DNA of 40,059 nt from a virus (Duplodnaviria > Heunggongvirae > Uroviricota > Caudoviricetes). Numbering within the stretch: position 1 is the first letter of the stretch; every line of letters starts with the position of its first letter. The DNA is taken from IMG/VR virus record IMGVR_UViG_3300046491_000064, positions 1 through 40,059 of that record. One strand, written 5' to 3'. The translations under genes and the position numbers were made by a program. The notes beneath the pieces were generated by a model, which worked only from the letters and a program-made list of their open reading frames with translations, was not told where the DNA came from and searched no databases. Below are positions 1 through 7,873 of the stretch, piece after piece.

Positions 1-2
1 AA

Positions 3-296
3 ATTGAACGACTCGCTACCGCTGTAATATTGACCCATCCTTGGGCAAAGAGTTATTGTATGGGAATGGGTAGCGCCTCGTTTGGTTGCGAATGGGTAGA
101 GACCGACGAATATGACCCGGACGACAAATGGGAAAGGGAAGAAAACCTAAACCCTGATGAATTGTCAAGCTCTAACCAATTTGCAGCCGAACTGTTTATG
201 TTACTTGACAAATGGGATAACACGTTCAAGTTAACTGGTTATCCGATGATGATTAAATTCGTTAAAGGACACTTGACAACCTTGACAGATTGGTGA
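3..296 (+). CDS. hypothetical acidic protein, 5'-truncated by window edge
   Basis: Frame is open from base 3 to the TGA at 294-296 and is followed directly by a terminator. Confidence 0.6.
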   Translation: MERLATAVILTHPWAKSYCMGMGSASFGCEWVETDEYDPDDKWEREENLNPDELSSSNQFAAELFMLLDKWDNTFKLTGYPMMIKFVKGHLTTLTDW

Positions 297-300
297 TAGA

Positions 301-322
301 GACCCGCCTAGTGCGGGTTTTC
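301..322 (+). terminator. intrinsic terminator ACCCGC-CTAGT-GCGGGT + T tract
   Basis: GC stem followed by TTTT; a 24-nt identical copy lies at 33698-33721 and a near copy at 3213. Confidence 0.8.
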
Positions 323-361
323 TACTATCTGTAGAAAGATAAAATAATCTGAAAATAAGTG

Positions 362-389
362 TTGACGCCTTTTCTAAATGCTGTAGAAT
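362..389 (+). promoter_or_regulatory. sigma70-type early promoter TTGACG-16-TAGAAT with TTTTCTAAAT spacer box
   Basis: -35/-10 match with A-rich UP region, upstream of ORF 439. Confidence 0.8.
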
Positions 390-438
390 TGGTTTCAAGA
401 AAGGGGAAAAGCCCCAAACCACACAAAGGAAAAAGATC

Positions 439-732
439 ATGGCTCGTAAAATCACTGTCGAAGCTTGCAATGCATTCATGAACGGTCAGAAGTTCAACAA
501 AGATAACACTTCTGTTTTTGTTGGTGAGTCTGGAACTTCTAGCCTTCACTTGCACGACAACATCATCGCCCGTCGCTTTCCAGATGGTAAACTGGAAGTG
601 TCTAACGGCGGATGGTCAAGTAAAACCACTAAAGAACGTTTGAACGGCATCCCCGGTGTATCTGTATGCCAGAAGAAAGGCGTCTGGTTCCTGAACGGTA
701 AAGAGTGGGATGGTAGCTGGACTACTGTCTAA
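439..732 (+). CDS. early hypothetical protein (97 aa)
   Basis: AAGGA SD, directly downstream of promoter. Confidence 0.8.
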   Translation: MARKITVEACNAFMNGQKFNKDNTSVFVGESGTSSLHLHDNIIARRFPDGKLEVSNGGWSSKTTKERLNGIPGVSVCQKKGVWFLNGKEWDGSWTTV

Positions 733-742
733 GGGGTTGACA

Positions 743-979
743 ATGAAACATGAAATCGGTACAGTTCTAGTTCACTTGCCCGGTGGCAATCAATATGAGA
801 TTGTCAACCGTCAACCTACAAAGGACAGTGAATATAAAGGGTGTTATCTGTTACGCTGTATTGACTTTTGGTGCAACGAAGAAATGGGCGATGGAATCAT
901 GTGCTGGCGTGAAAATCAAGAAATATGGGTTGCTTCGTTTCACGTTGATTGTGGTATGAAAATTTACGGAAAAGATTGA
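743..979 (+). CDS. early hypothetical protein (MKHEIG..., 78 aa)
   Basis: Start moved to ATG 743 because of the AAGGGG SD. Confidence 0.7.
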   Translation: MKHEIGTVLVHLPGGNQYEIVNRQPTKDSEYKGCYLLRCIDFWCNEEMGDGIMCWRENQEIWVASFHVDCGMKIYGKD

Positions 980-988
980 AAATAAAGC

Positions 989-1016
989 TTGCAACCTTTT
1001 CTAATTGATATAGAAT
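989..1016 (+). promoter_or_regulatory. early promoter TTGCAA-16-TAGAAT with TTTTCTAATT box
   Basis: Same architecture as promoter 362. Confidence 0.75.
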
Positions 1017-1066
1017 AAACCACATAGAGAGGCAAGACAGCCTCTCAAGCCAAAGGGTAAAAGATC

Positions 1067-1390
1067 ATGAAAGCAGCACAATTCTGGACCGCCGAAAACG
1101 TTACTCGCTTCCAAGGTTGGGACGTTGATGGGGGTGAAGTCACTCTGTCCGATAGCGAGTACGAAGAAATCCTTAACGAGATTTACGGTGACGTTGAAGT
1201 GTGTGGCTACACTTTCGGTTCTGGTTCTTTGTTGGTTGACGCTGACCCTACGGCATTCCGTTGCGGCAAAAACGATTATGAATCGGGTATCCAAACCGAA
1301 CTGGAATCACAGTTGGAACGTGAAGACGATTCTGATATTGAGTTCGAAGAAGAGTTGGACGAAGATGAGGAAGAAGAGGACGAAGAATGA
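1067..1390 (+). CDS. very acidic early protein (36 D/E versus 5 K/R in 107 aa), DNA-mimic candidate
   Basis: SD and own promoter; composition counted from translation. Confidence 0.8.
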   Translation: MKAAQFWTAENVTRFQGWDVDGGEVTLSDSEYEEILNEIYGDVEVCGYTFGSGSLLVDADPTAFRCGKNDYESGIQTELESQLEREDDSDIEFEEELDEDEEEEDEE

Positions 1391-1579
1391 GCTTGTATTT
1401 CAGGTTATACCCAAACTCTGGATTAACAACAATATATGCAACAGACGTAGATATTGCATATCAAATTGATTGGGTGTTAGTTGCGATGGGTGGCTCTGAC
1501 GCTTGTGTAATCCTTTAGTTGCTTTATAGCAGCACTCTAGATTGGGTGCTGTTAGTAAATCAATTGATAAGGTGCGAAT

Positions 1580-1756
1580 ATGAAAGTAATAATAACGCTT
1601 GACCGATACAATGGCGAATCAAGTCAAATAAAGGCTTGCGACCTTGAAGACATTGATCTTAGACAACTAATGTACGCCATGCTTGAATCAGATGTTTGTG
1701 GTTTGACAATAACCAAGGACAAACCACTTATGAAAGCAATAGACAAAATGAAATAG
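1580..1756 (+). CDS. hypothetical protein (MKVIITLD..., 58 aa; not in ORF track)
   Basis: AAGGTG SD, ATG 1580, TAG 1754-1756. Confidence 0.6.
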   Translation: MKVIITLDRYNGESSQIKACDLEDIDLRQLMYAMLESDVCGLTITKDKPLMKAIDKMK

Positions 1757-1767
1757 GTGGGGTTAGT

Positions 1768-2067
1768 ATGTGCAGGCTAAGGAATCAACAAACGTCTTTT
1801 ATTCGACAGTGTGTCAAGCTTTGGATTGCTGGCAATCGACAGACATTTACGGTCATTGATGTTTGCAATGGTTTGCAAGCCGATCACCACACACTGTCAG
1901 AGCTTGACATTATCAAAGCTGTCAGTAACGAACTGATAAGGCTTGAGAGCGTCGGTATTGTCTCAAGTCGCAAGGGTACAAAGAACGATGGTTCGTTTAC
2001 TGGCAGACCGCCTAGAGTGTATTGGCGGGCATTCTGTAGCCATACGCTTAGTGTGTTAAGGGGTTGA
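1768..2067 (+). CDS. putative winged-helix DNA-binding protein
   Basis: AVSNELIRLESVGIV...GRPPRVY resembles wHTH recognition helix and wing. Confidence 0.55.
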   Translation: MCRLRNQQTSFIRQCVKLWIAGNRQTFTVIDVCNGLQADHHTLSELDIIKAVSNELIRLESVGIVSSRKGTKNDGSFTGRPPRVYWRAFCSHTLSVLRG

Positions 2068-2068
2068 C

Positions 2069-2236
2069 ATGGTAGAGTATCGCGGTTTTAAAATGAGCCT
2101 TGCCGGTGGCATTATCAGTTTTTATTTCTATCGTCAAGGCTGGATAAGTGTTTTTGATTCGTATACAATCAGGTGCTTTGAGGATGCAAGGCACCTGATT
2201 GACCACCATCTGGACAACGTAGGCGACGAACGGTAG
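2069..2236 (+). CDS. hypothetical protein (55 aa)
   Basis: Open frame directly after the previous stop, co-oriented. Confidence 0.4.
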   Translation: MVEYRGFKMSLAGGIISFYFYRQGWISVFDSYTIRCFEDARHLIDHHLDNVGDER

Positions 2237-2340
2237 TAGACAAAGACTCACAGTGTGTTAATCTATAAATGTAACGACAGCCGATAGAAAGTTGTTCGCA
2301 GTAGCTGCCGAATTTCTTAACCGAACTTAGGATGTGCAAA

Positions 2341-2565
2341 ATGAACGAACGTGAATACCGCAAACACAAGAAGGCACTGGTTGAACGTGCAAAAATGCTC
2401 TCTGTAGAAGCTCTGAAGGCGTCTATCAGCGATGAGTGGGAAGATTCTAAGCTACCATATCTTGTCTTTGATGCAATGACTACAGCGCTCCAGAAGAAGC
2501 TTGGAACACGTCAGTACACTGTCTGGGTTAACACACTTCCTGTTAAGTTGGAGTCAGCACAATGA
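2341..2565 (+). CDS. early hypothetical protein
   Basis: AGGA SD; ATGA overlap with next gene. Confidence 0.7.
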   Translation: MNEREYRKHKKALVERAKMLSVEALKASISDEWEDSKLPYLVFDAMTTALQKKLGTRQYTVWVNTLPVKLESAQ

Positions 2566-2804
2566 TTAAGCTTGTGACTTATTCAGCGAACGTGTTAAAC
2601 TACAAGGCACCTGTAGTGCGTCAAGCAACTGTTTATGAATCAGAAGACCCTGAATTTAAAGGCTGTCTTTATCAGGTCAGCACACATACGGGCGGGACCG
2701 GTGCAGAATGGCAGTTCAAACCATTCAAGCGGTTGAACGAGGCTCAAGAGTATGCCTTACAGTTCCTGCTTCCTCAGATGGAAGTGGCAGTGAAAATAGT
2801 TTGA
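2562..2804 (+). CDS. early hypothetical protein, paralog of 7094-7336
   Basis: Shared VSTH.GG...EW.F..F..L..AQ.YA.QF..PQ block. Confidence 0.8.
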   Translation: MIKLVTYSANVLNYKAPVVRQATVYESEDPEFKGCLYQVSTHTGGTGAEWQFKPFKRLNEAQEYALQFLLPQMEVAVKIV

Positions 2805-2811
2805 AAAAGAG

Positions 2812-2839
2812 TTGACACCATACCGGGATAGTGTAAAAT
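2812..2839 (+). promoter_or_regulatory. early promoter TTGACA-16-TAAAAT
   Basis: Consensus -35, intergenic. Confidence 0.75.
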
Positions 2840-2893
2840 TGGTATTAAGAGGAAGGGAAACACCTTCCTTAACCGATGATGAGGAATAACAAA

Positions 2894-2989
2894 ATGAAAT
2901 ACTTGCTCGCTTTGCCCGGTGGTGTTATACTGACAGCAATCGTAATGCTGATTATTCAATACGGTTCGATTCTTGCGGTTGGTCTTTAA
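2894..2989 (+). CDS. small membrane peptide MKYLLALPGGVILTAIVMLIIQYGSILAVGL (31 aa)
   Basis: GAGGA SD, first ORF after promoter 2812. Confidence 0.6.
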   Translation: MKYLLALPGGVILTAIVMLIIQYGSILAVGL

Positions 2990-3013
2990 TCCTTTTGACA
3001 TTTTGGTGATAGC

Positions 3014-3208
3014 ATGAAACATCCTGATTTTCTAAATGCAACAAACATCGCAATCGGTCAAGGTCTGTTGACTAACTGTCAAGACTACCATGTTATTGAC
3101 GATAACTACTTGATTGTGGTAGCGCCTGATTCTACAGTTTGGGCTTGCTATGATCAGGAAAAGAGTGTACACCTTGACAGTCTAAAGCTTGTACAACGTC
3201 TAGTTTGA
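3014..3208 (+). CDS. early hypothetical protein (64 aa)
   Basis: Co-oriented and ends just before a terminator. Confidence 0.65.
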   Translation: MKHPDFLNATNIAIGQGLLTNCQDYHVIDDNYLIVVAPDSTVWACYDQEKSVHLDSLKLVQRLV

Positions 3209-3212
3209 AAAT

Positions 3213-3237
3213 GCCCGCCTAGTGCGGGCTTTATTTT
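3213..3237 (+). terminator. intrinsic terminator GCCCGC-CTAGT-GCGGGC + T tract
   Basis: Variant of terminator 301 with a compensatory outer base pair. Confidence 0.8.
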
Positions 3238-3262
3238 GTCTGCAAAAAGCTGAAAATAGTTG

Positions 3263-3290
3263 TTGACAGGTTTTCTAATTGATGTAGAAT
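3263..3290 (+). promoter_or_regulatory. early promoter TTGACA-16-TAGAAT with TTTTCTAATT box
   Basis: Consensus elements. Confidence 0.85.
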
Positions 3291-3324
3291 GAACACATCA
3301 AAGCGAAACACTGAGGAAACAAAC

Positions 3325-3573
3325 ATGAAACTTCAAGACATTCTCCAGCAACAAGCCGACTACACTCGCAATTCTGACGTTACTGTCAACATTGATAAAC
3401 GTATGCCTTGGGTTGACATTCGTGCCGATGAAGAATCGTCGATCTTTCTTGATGGTGATTCTGCCGAAGAATTTCTAGCACAGTGTGAAGACTACAGCGA
3501 ACAAGTGCCAGATATGGACATGGAAACCATTGAACTTGCCGTCGCCTACAAATACCTTGACGTTTTGCTCTAA
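3325..3573 (+). CDS. acidic early hypothetical protein (MKLQD..., 82 aa)
   Basis: GAGGA SD upstream of ATG 3325. Confidence 0.75.
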   Translation: MKLQDILQQQADYTRNSDVTVNIDKRMPWVDIRADEESSIFLDGDSAEEFLAQCEDYSEQVPDMDMETIELAVAYKYLDVLL

Positions 3574-3654
3574 TAGATTATTGTTCTAGTCTATTGACCT
3601 TCACAGTAGACTAGTGCAAAATACCTATCAGTAACCAACTAGGAACAAAACAAA

Positions 3655-4020
3655 ATGAAAGCTTCTGAGATTATACGTGGTGCCTTATCGTCTCACTATG
3701 TCAATAAGGAAAAATACAACGGGGGCAATCAAAGCGAGTATATGTGCTTTGCTATAAAGGGTTTCATGCTGGACGTGCTAGGTTACCAGTTCCACACGGA
3801 CGAATACCACACGGCACATGATGCGGTTTGCGATACATTCATGCCAGAGCTTCACAACTGGGGCACCGGCTGTCTTATGGTGATGTTGAATCGTTCAAAC
3901 AAACGTTACGCCAGTTTGTGCAGACGTGCGAAGCTTGGGCATGACACGCCGGGCTGCTTTAAAATCCGTGTTCAATATTGGTTAGATCACATCGCTGAAC
4001 TTGAATCAAAAGGCTTGTAA
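3655..4020 (+). CDS. early hypothetical protein (121 aa)
   Basis: AGGA SD, long ORF. Confidence 0.8.
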   Translation: MKASEIIRGALSSHYVNKEKYNGGNQSEYMCFAIKGFMLDVLGYQFHTDEYHTAHDAVCDTFMPELHNWGTGCLMVMLNRSNKRYASLCRRAKLGHDTPGCFKIRVQYWLDHIAELESKGL

Positions 4021-4043
4021 CGCTAATCGTCCGATGTTAAACT
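4015..4043 (+). promoter_or_regulatory. possible promoter TTGTAA-17-TAAACT
   Basis: Weaker match at a gene junction. Confidence 0.45.
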
Positions 4044-4069
4044 AACCGTATCAACTTTGAGGTAGTGCC

Positions 4070-4330
4070 ATGATAACCATTACTAGTCTGATGAATCCGA
4101 CCATGATGCAAAAGATTCGTTATGGTCTTCGTTGTGCTGCCTTGAAACAAGGTCATTTGCTAGGCGGTCATGATAACCGGGTTTATATCGCTAATCGCAA
4201 AGGTCATAACATCTTGCGTATTGACTGGCGAGAAGGCAAGTGGGTTGCCTATGGCGGTGCTGACTGGGGGCAAACAGAAGTAACGGACATTATTAAACAG
4301 GCTGTTAAACGATTCTACGGGGTGATGTAA
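4070..4330 (+). CDS. early hypothetical protein (86 aa)
   Basis: GAGGT SD; TAATG overlap with next gene. Confidence 0.75.
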   Translation: MITITSLMNPTMMQKIRYGLRCAALKQGHLLGGHDNRVYIANRKGHNILRIDWREGKWVAYGGADWGQTEVTDIIKQAVKRFYGVM

Positions 4331-4599
4331 TGAATGGACCAACAGTGTTTGATGAACACGAACTAATCATGGCAACTAAAGTCGCCCGCGTTCGACTACT
4401 TGAACAAGGGTATATCACGACAGCGGTTGCAGAAGCTGGACGCGATAAGTTCGAAACAATGCGACGGCTTGACAAAAACAAGATTGAAGAATTTACTGTC
4501 ATACACTGGCGCTGGCATGATACACTCGGCTGGTTTCCTTTCTTGATTGATGGGAAACGTGTTGCAGGCGACGGGCTGCCATTCATCAAAGAAGATTGA
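4330..4599 (+). CDS. early hypothetical protein (89 aa)
   Basis: Translationally coupled to the previous gene. Confidence 0.75.
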   Translation: MNGPTVFDEHELIMATKVARVRLLEQGYITTAVAEAGRDKFETMRRLDKNKIEEFTVIHWRWHDTLGWFPFLIDGKRVAGDGLPFIKED

Positions 4600-4608
4600 A
4601 AATAAAGC

Positions 4609-4636
4609 TTGCATCAATGGTTGATTGGTGTAAAAT
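4609..4636 (+). promoter_or_regulatory. early promoter TTGCAT-16-TAAAAT
   Basis: AAAATAAAGC UP element shared with 989 and 8971. Confidence 0.75.
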
Positions 4637-4684
4637 GAACCACATGAAAGGGCATAAAGCCCAATCGACCAAGGAGTTTTCTAA

Positions 4685-5068
4685 ATGGGTATCTGGAAAC
4701 CAACTCAAGCGGAATGCGACATGATTAAAGGTGCTGCCGCTCGTGCTGCCGGGACCAAGGCTATCAAGCTTGAACCCGGTATCCGTGGCGGTGATTCTGC
4801 CGACAATGTGTCTATGAACATCGCTCGCGTCACTGTCTGCGAAGATTGGTCAGAAGACACTGAGCTAGAAGACTTCGGAACATGGTCTGAATTCCGTAAA
4901 GGTGTTGAACTGACAGAAGATGGTCGGGCAATTGTTGACTTTTATGTACATGACAGGGTAGAGCTTAACACCAATGTTGTCGTCTACTATCAAGGAGGTC
5001 AGATTGTTGAAGTGTGCAACACGTCAGGCACGAACCTTTTGCACAACGGTCTGAACTACATTTTCTAA
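4685..5068 (+). CDS. early hypothetical protein (127 aa)
   Basis: AAGGAG SD. Confidence 0.85.
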   Translation: MGIWKPTQAECDMIKGAAARAAGTKAIKLEPGIRGGDSADNVSMNIARVTVCEDWSEDTELEDFGTWSEFRKGVELTEDGRAIVDFYVHDRVELNTNVVVYYQGGQIVEVCNTSGTNLLHNGLNYIF

Positions 5069-5075
5069 ATAAAGC

Positions 5076-5104
5076 TTGCAGGGGCTGAAAAGCCCCTGTA
5101 CAAT
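5076..5104 (+). promoter_or_regulatory. early promoter TTGCAG-17-TACAAT with 8-bp inverted repeat spanning the spacer
   Basis: CAGGGGCT-GAAA-AGCCCCTG at 5079-5098; TTTTCTAAAT box at 5061-5070. Confidence 0.75.
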
Positions 5105-5135
5105 GCACAGACAGACAACGAAAGGAGTTATCTAA

Positions 5136-5225
5136 ATGAATCTTGTAGACTGGTTGGCTATCACTTGTACTGCTTTCATTTTCGTTTTGTTGTTTGTTCA
5201 ATGGCTTGACAAATCCAGCAAATAA
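5136..5225 (+). CDS. small membrane peptide MNLVDWLAITCTAFIFVLLFVQWLDKSSK (29 aa)
   Basis: AAGGAG SD, first ORF after promoter 5076. Confidence 0.6.
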   Translation: MNLVDWLAITCTAFIFVLLFVQWLDKSSK

Positions 5226-5234
5226 GGGTTTACC

Positions 5235-5486
5235 ATGATTCTTGCAACTGTTCTAACCTTGTGTGCTTCTGCACTTCCTTGTAACGATTATATCATTGAT
5301 ACTGCAACTAACAGCCGCGATGCATCTATTAACTTAGTTGCCCATAGTCAAGAGTTCAAACGTGTTTGGACTGATGGAAAGTTGCTTAGCGAAACACTGG
5401 CGTTATATAACATTGTTGAAGAAATTACAGAAGTTCAAACTTACGAACTTAACACGCGGTCAATCGATGAGGATGACATGCCATGA
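5235..5486 (+). CDS. hypothetical protein with hydrophobic N-terminus (weak YebW/DUF1482-like pattern)
   Basis: MILATVLTLCASALPC N-terminus; family link is weak. Confidence 0.65.
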   Translation: MILATVLTLCASALPCNDYIIDTATNSRDASINLVAHSQEFKRVWTDGKLLSETLALYNIVEEITEVQTYELNTRSIDEDDMP

Positions 5487-5671
5487 CATTTGTTATTTAC
5501 TATTACCGTGAACATCGTTGCTGGTATGGTTACTGGGCAACTAACGAAGGTGACCAACTTTGCGACTGTTTAACCGATATCAATAAGGAACAACTTCTTA
5601 TCCAACTAGGTCAGATAAAGGATGCAACTAAGGCAAAGTATCAAAGGATGCTAGATGAGGGTAACAAATGA
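5483..5671 (+). CDS. early hypothetical protein (62 aa)
   Basis: ATGA overlap. Confidence 0.65.
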   Translation: MTFVIYYYREHRCWYGYWATNEGDQLCDCLTDINKEQLLIQLGQIKDATKAKYQRMLDEGNK

Positions 5672-5733
5672 GCCACGGGGGAATGACAGACGAACAACGA
5701 GAAGAAATGAAAAAGCGGTATTTAGAAGACACG

Positions 5734-5760
5734 AAAGCCCCTTAAATGGGGCTTTCTTTT
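5734..5760 (+). terminator. intrinsic terminator AAAGCCCC-TTAAAT-GGGGCTTT + T tract
   Basis: Near-identical copies at 7045 and 8149. Confidence 0.8.
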
Positions 5761-5861
5761 GCCTGTCGTTTGTGCTACAATCAATCCATGATGTGGCGGG
5801 GTTGCGAACCCGGAGATAAACAGGGAGGGTGGACGTTAGTCTGTAAATGAGAAAGATTGTC

Positions 5862-5878
5862 GTCAAATTGCGTGCCAA
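5862..5878 (-). promoter_or_regulatory. sigma54-like -24/-12 box TTGGCACGCAATTTGAC (imperfect -12)
   Basis: Matches TGGCAC-N5-TTG with GC replaced by GA. Confidence 0.35.
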
Positions 5879-5907
5879 CTATTTCTTAAAATAATTGAAA
5901 ATAAGTG

Positions 5908-5935
5908 TTGACCGCTTTTCTAAATGGCGTAGAAT
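5908..5935 (+). promoter_or_regulatory. early promoter TTGACC-16-TAGAAT with TTTTCTAAAT box
   Basis: Near copy of promoter 362 including GAAAATAAGTG. Confidence 0.85.
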
Positions 5936-5980
5936 GAACACATCAGAAGGCAAACAGCCTTAACCAACGAGGAAATGAAC

Positions 5981-6289
5981 ATGAAAACTCTGAACATCAC
6001 TACCGGCAACTTTGACCAACTGAACACCTTTCAAGTGAATGCCGGTAAACGTGTGATGAAATGTTCTCTGATGCTTGACTATGAAAAAGTTGGTGATGGT
6101 GTTCTGTGGGCAATGTCCAGCGGTTCAACCCTTAAAGCGTCCTACACTGATGCAGACCGTGCCGAATCTGAACGCCTTGCATCTGAAACCCCGCTGGAAA
6201 ATGGCGAACTTGTTACTATCAATGGCGAGCAATACAAAGTTCGTGTACTTGGTGCTTTCAGTGATACTGCGATTTTCGATAAAGTTTAA
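5981..6289 (+). CDS. early hypothetical protein (102 aa)
   Basis: GAGGA SD spacing favours ATG 5981 over 5975. Confidence 0.8.
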   Translation: MKTLNITTGNFDQLNTFQVNAGKRVMKCSLMLDYEKVGDGVLWAMSSGSTLKASYTDADRAESERLASETPLENGELVTINGEQYKVRVLGAFSDTAIFDKV

Positions 6290-6308
6290 AACTTTTCTAA
6301 ATCAGGGG

Positions 6309-6337
6309 TTGCAAACAGTGTGACCCCTTGATAGAAT
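6309..6337 (+). promoter_or_regulatory. early promoter TTGCAA-17-TAGAAT
   Basis: TTTTCTAAAT box upstream at 6293-6302; AGGGGT/ACCCCT inverted repeat straddles -35. Confidence 0.7.
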
Positions 6338-6369
6338 ACTTCCACACACACTGAACAAGGTACAAAGTC

Positions 6370-6582
6370 ATGAAAGGTTTTAGCATCGCACTCGTAATTG
6401 TTTGTCTTGGATACATTGCTGGTGTTAGCGCAAGCCTTGTAACTGATCACCTCGACAACGTTGCACGCAAAGAAGCTCATGCTGCCTATGATCTGAAAAT
6501 GCATAACCTGAGCGTCAAGATGTGTGCAGAAGGCAAAGGCGGTGCTTTCATTTATGACGGCAAACGTTGCAAACAAAACTGA
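6370..6582 (+). CDS. membrane-anchored or secreted early protein (70 aa)
   Basis: Hydrophobic N-terminus, SD present. Confidence 0.7.
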   Translation: MKGFSIALVIVCLGYIAGVSASLVTDHLDNVARKEAHAAYDLKMHNLSVKMCAEGKGGAFIYDGKRCKQN

Positions 6583-6589
6583 GGTTGAC

Positions 6590-6745
6590 ATGTATAGATT
6601 GTTTCGGTTTGTAATGTTGGGTGTGTGGGACATGCCACCAAAGCATAAACACCACTGGATCGTTATTCGTGAAGGTCGGACAACTTATGGTCCTGTTGTT
6701 GTGCTTCAATGCGACGGGTGTGGAGACTGTAAAATAGTTGAATAA
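6590..6745 (+). CDS. early hypothetical protein (MYRLFRF..., 51 aa)
   Basis: GAGGT SD. Confidence 0.55.
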   Translation: MYRLFRFVMLGVWDMPPKHKHHWIVIREGRTTYGPVVVLQCDGCGDCKIVE

Positions 6746-6750
6746 AAAGC

Positions 6751-6778
6751 TTGCACCCTTCTCTAAATGCTGTAGAAT
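6751..6778 (+). promoter_or_regulatory. early promoter TTGCAC-16-TAGAAT with TTCTCTAAAT box
   Basis: Same register as the other box promoters. Confidence 0.8.
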
Positions 6779-6812
6779 GACCTTAACGAAACGAACAACG
6801 GAGCAAGACGAA

Positions 6813-7028
6813 ATGACTAACCAAGAATTCAACCAAGCAATCGAAGCGGTAATGGCTACCTACGCCAAACACGCCAACGTTGCAAAGGTTCTGGCTTCTG
6901 GCGTCCATAGCGCAAATTGCTTCGAAGACCTTTGCGAAATTGCTACCTACAACTGCGTTGAGTTTGGGGATACCGCCGAGTGCGTTGAATGCTTCGAAAA
7001 CACTCTTGAAGCAATGTTGACAGCCTAA
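6813..7028 (+). CDS. early hypothetical protein (MTNQEF..., 71 aa)
   Basis: GGAG SD. Confidence 0.75.
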   Translation: MTNQEFNQAIEAVMATYAKHANVAKVLASGVHSANCFEDLCEIATYNCVEFGDTAECVECFENTLEAMLTA

Positions 7029-7044
7029 CCAGCCCGCCCACCTC

Positions 7045-7065
7045 AAGCCCCTTAATTGGGGCTTT
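7045..7065 (+). terminator. terminator-like hairpin AAGCCCC-TTAATT-GGGGCTT
   Basis: Copy of 5734 and 8149 with a short T tract. Confidence 0.6.
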
Positions 7066-7093
7066 GCCAGTAAAACAAACAGGTTGACAAAAC

Positions 7094-7336
7094 ATGAAAA
7101 AGATACAGACATTCAGCAATGAAAACCTTGATCATAACCGGGTTGCCCGTATCTTCCAAACTATGCCACAAGCGGGCATGGAAGCCCTACACGTTCCGAC
7201 CTTTGAAGTTAGCACACATTCAGGCGGTGTTGCTGTAGAGTGGGAATTCCAAAGCTTTCAGCTGTTAGAAGATGCACAGCAATACGCAATTCAATTCATT
7301 ATGCCGCAAGGTATGATTGCGAAAATAGTTTCATAA
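7094..7336 (+). CDS. early hypothetical protein, paralog of 2562-2804
   Basis: Conserved motif block and identical length (80 aa). Confidence 0.8.
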   Translation: MKKIQTFSNENLDHNRVARIFQTMPQAGMEALHVPTFEVSTHSGGVAVEWEFQSFQLLEDAQQYAIQFIMPQGMIAKIVS

Positions 7337-7341
7337 ACAGG

Positions 7342-7370
7342 TTGCTTGGAGTGTTCTGCACTGGTAGAAT
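7342..7370 (+). promoter_or_regulatory. early promoter TTGCTT-17-TAGAAT
   Basis: Gene junction, -10 identical to the family. Confidence 0.6.
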
Positions 7371-7402
7371 GCTCCTACACCAACCTAATCAGGTATTGCA
7401 AA

Positions 7403-7540
7403 ATGTCCAAGGTCATGATCGTAAATCTCTTGCCTAAAAACTACAAACAAAAACCAATTGTCATGACTTGGGAAGAATATCTAGAATTCTGCAAGGTGAC
7501 GAAGGGTGAGGGTGTAACTTGGAAAGCTGTCTTGACCTAA
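7403..7540 (+). CDS. small early protein (MSKVMIV..., 45 aa)
   Basis: AGGT SD. Confidence 0.55.
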   Translation: MSKVMIVNLLPKNYKQKPIVMTWEEYLEFCKVTKGEGVTWKAVLT

Positions 7541-7548
7541 AATAGTTG

Positions 7549-7577
7549 TTGCATCAGGTGTTGATAGTTGATACAAT
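7549..7577 (+). promoter_or_regulatory. early promoter TTGCAT-17-TACAAT
   Basis: AAAATAGTTG UP element. Confidence 0.7.
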
Positions 7578-7610
7578 GCTGTCACACCCACACGATAACG
7601 AGTAAAGATC

Positions 7611-7805
7611 ATGACCAACACCACTCAGAAGCAAGCCAAACGTTCAATCAAAGTGAATGCCTATGGCAACTGGGTTGGCTATGTTGGTCGTGTACGCTCT
7701 GAAGAGTTTGGCGATGACGTTGACACTGCCGAGATATGGGTAAAGACTGACCTCAATTTCTTTGAATCTCGCGATGCAGCTTTGGCTGAAAAATGGTCTA
7801 AATAA
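7611..7805 (+). CDS. early hypothetical protein (64 aa)
   Basis: Own promoter. Confidence 0.7.
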   Translation: MTNTTQKQAKRSIKVNAYGNWVGYVGRVRSEEFGDDVDTAEIWVKTDLNFFESRDAALAEKWSK

Positions 7806-7809
7806 AAGC

Positions 7810-7838
7810 TTGCAGCGGGTGAAAGACCGCTGTACAAT
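7810..7838 (+). promoter_or_regulatory. early promoter TTGCAG-17-TACAAT with hairpin spacer
   Basis: CAGCGG-GTGAAAGA-CCGCTG at 7813-7832, sister of 5076. Confidence 0.75.
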
Positions 7839-7873
7839 ACCTGCATACCCCACCCGAACAAGGTAGCTAGAAA

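Noticed and set aside
3587-3615. CTAGTCTA/TAGACTAG hairpin (and 1506-1531 AGCAGCAC/GTGCTGTT) as terminators
   Set aside because: No U tract follows; may be mRNA processing or stability stems, but support is too thin to call.
5079-5098. N4-type virion RNA polymerase hairpin promoters
   Set aside because: The hairpins sit between good sigma70 -35 and -10 elements, have 4-nt or longer loops, and no virion RNAP gene is in the window.
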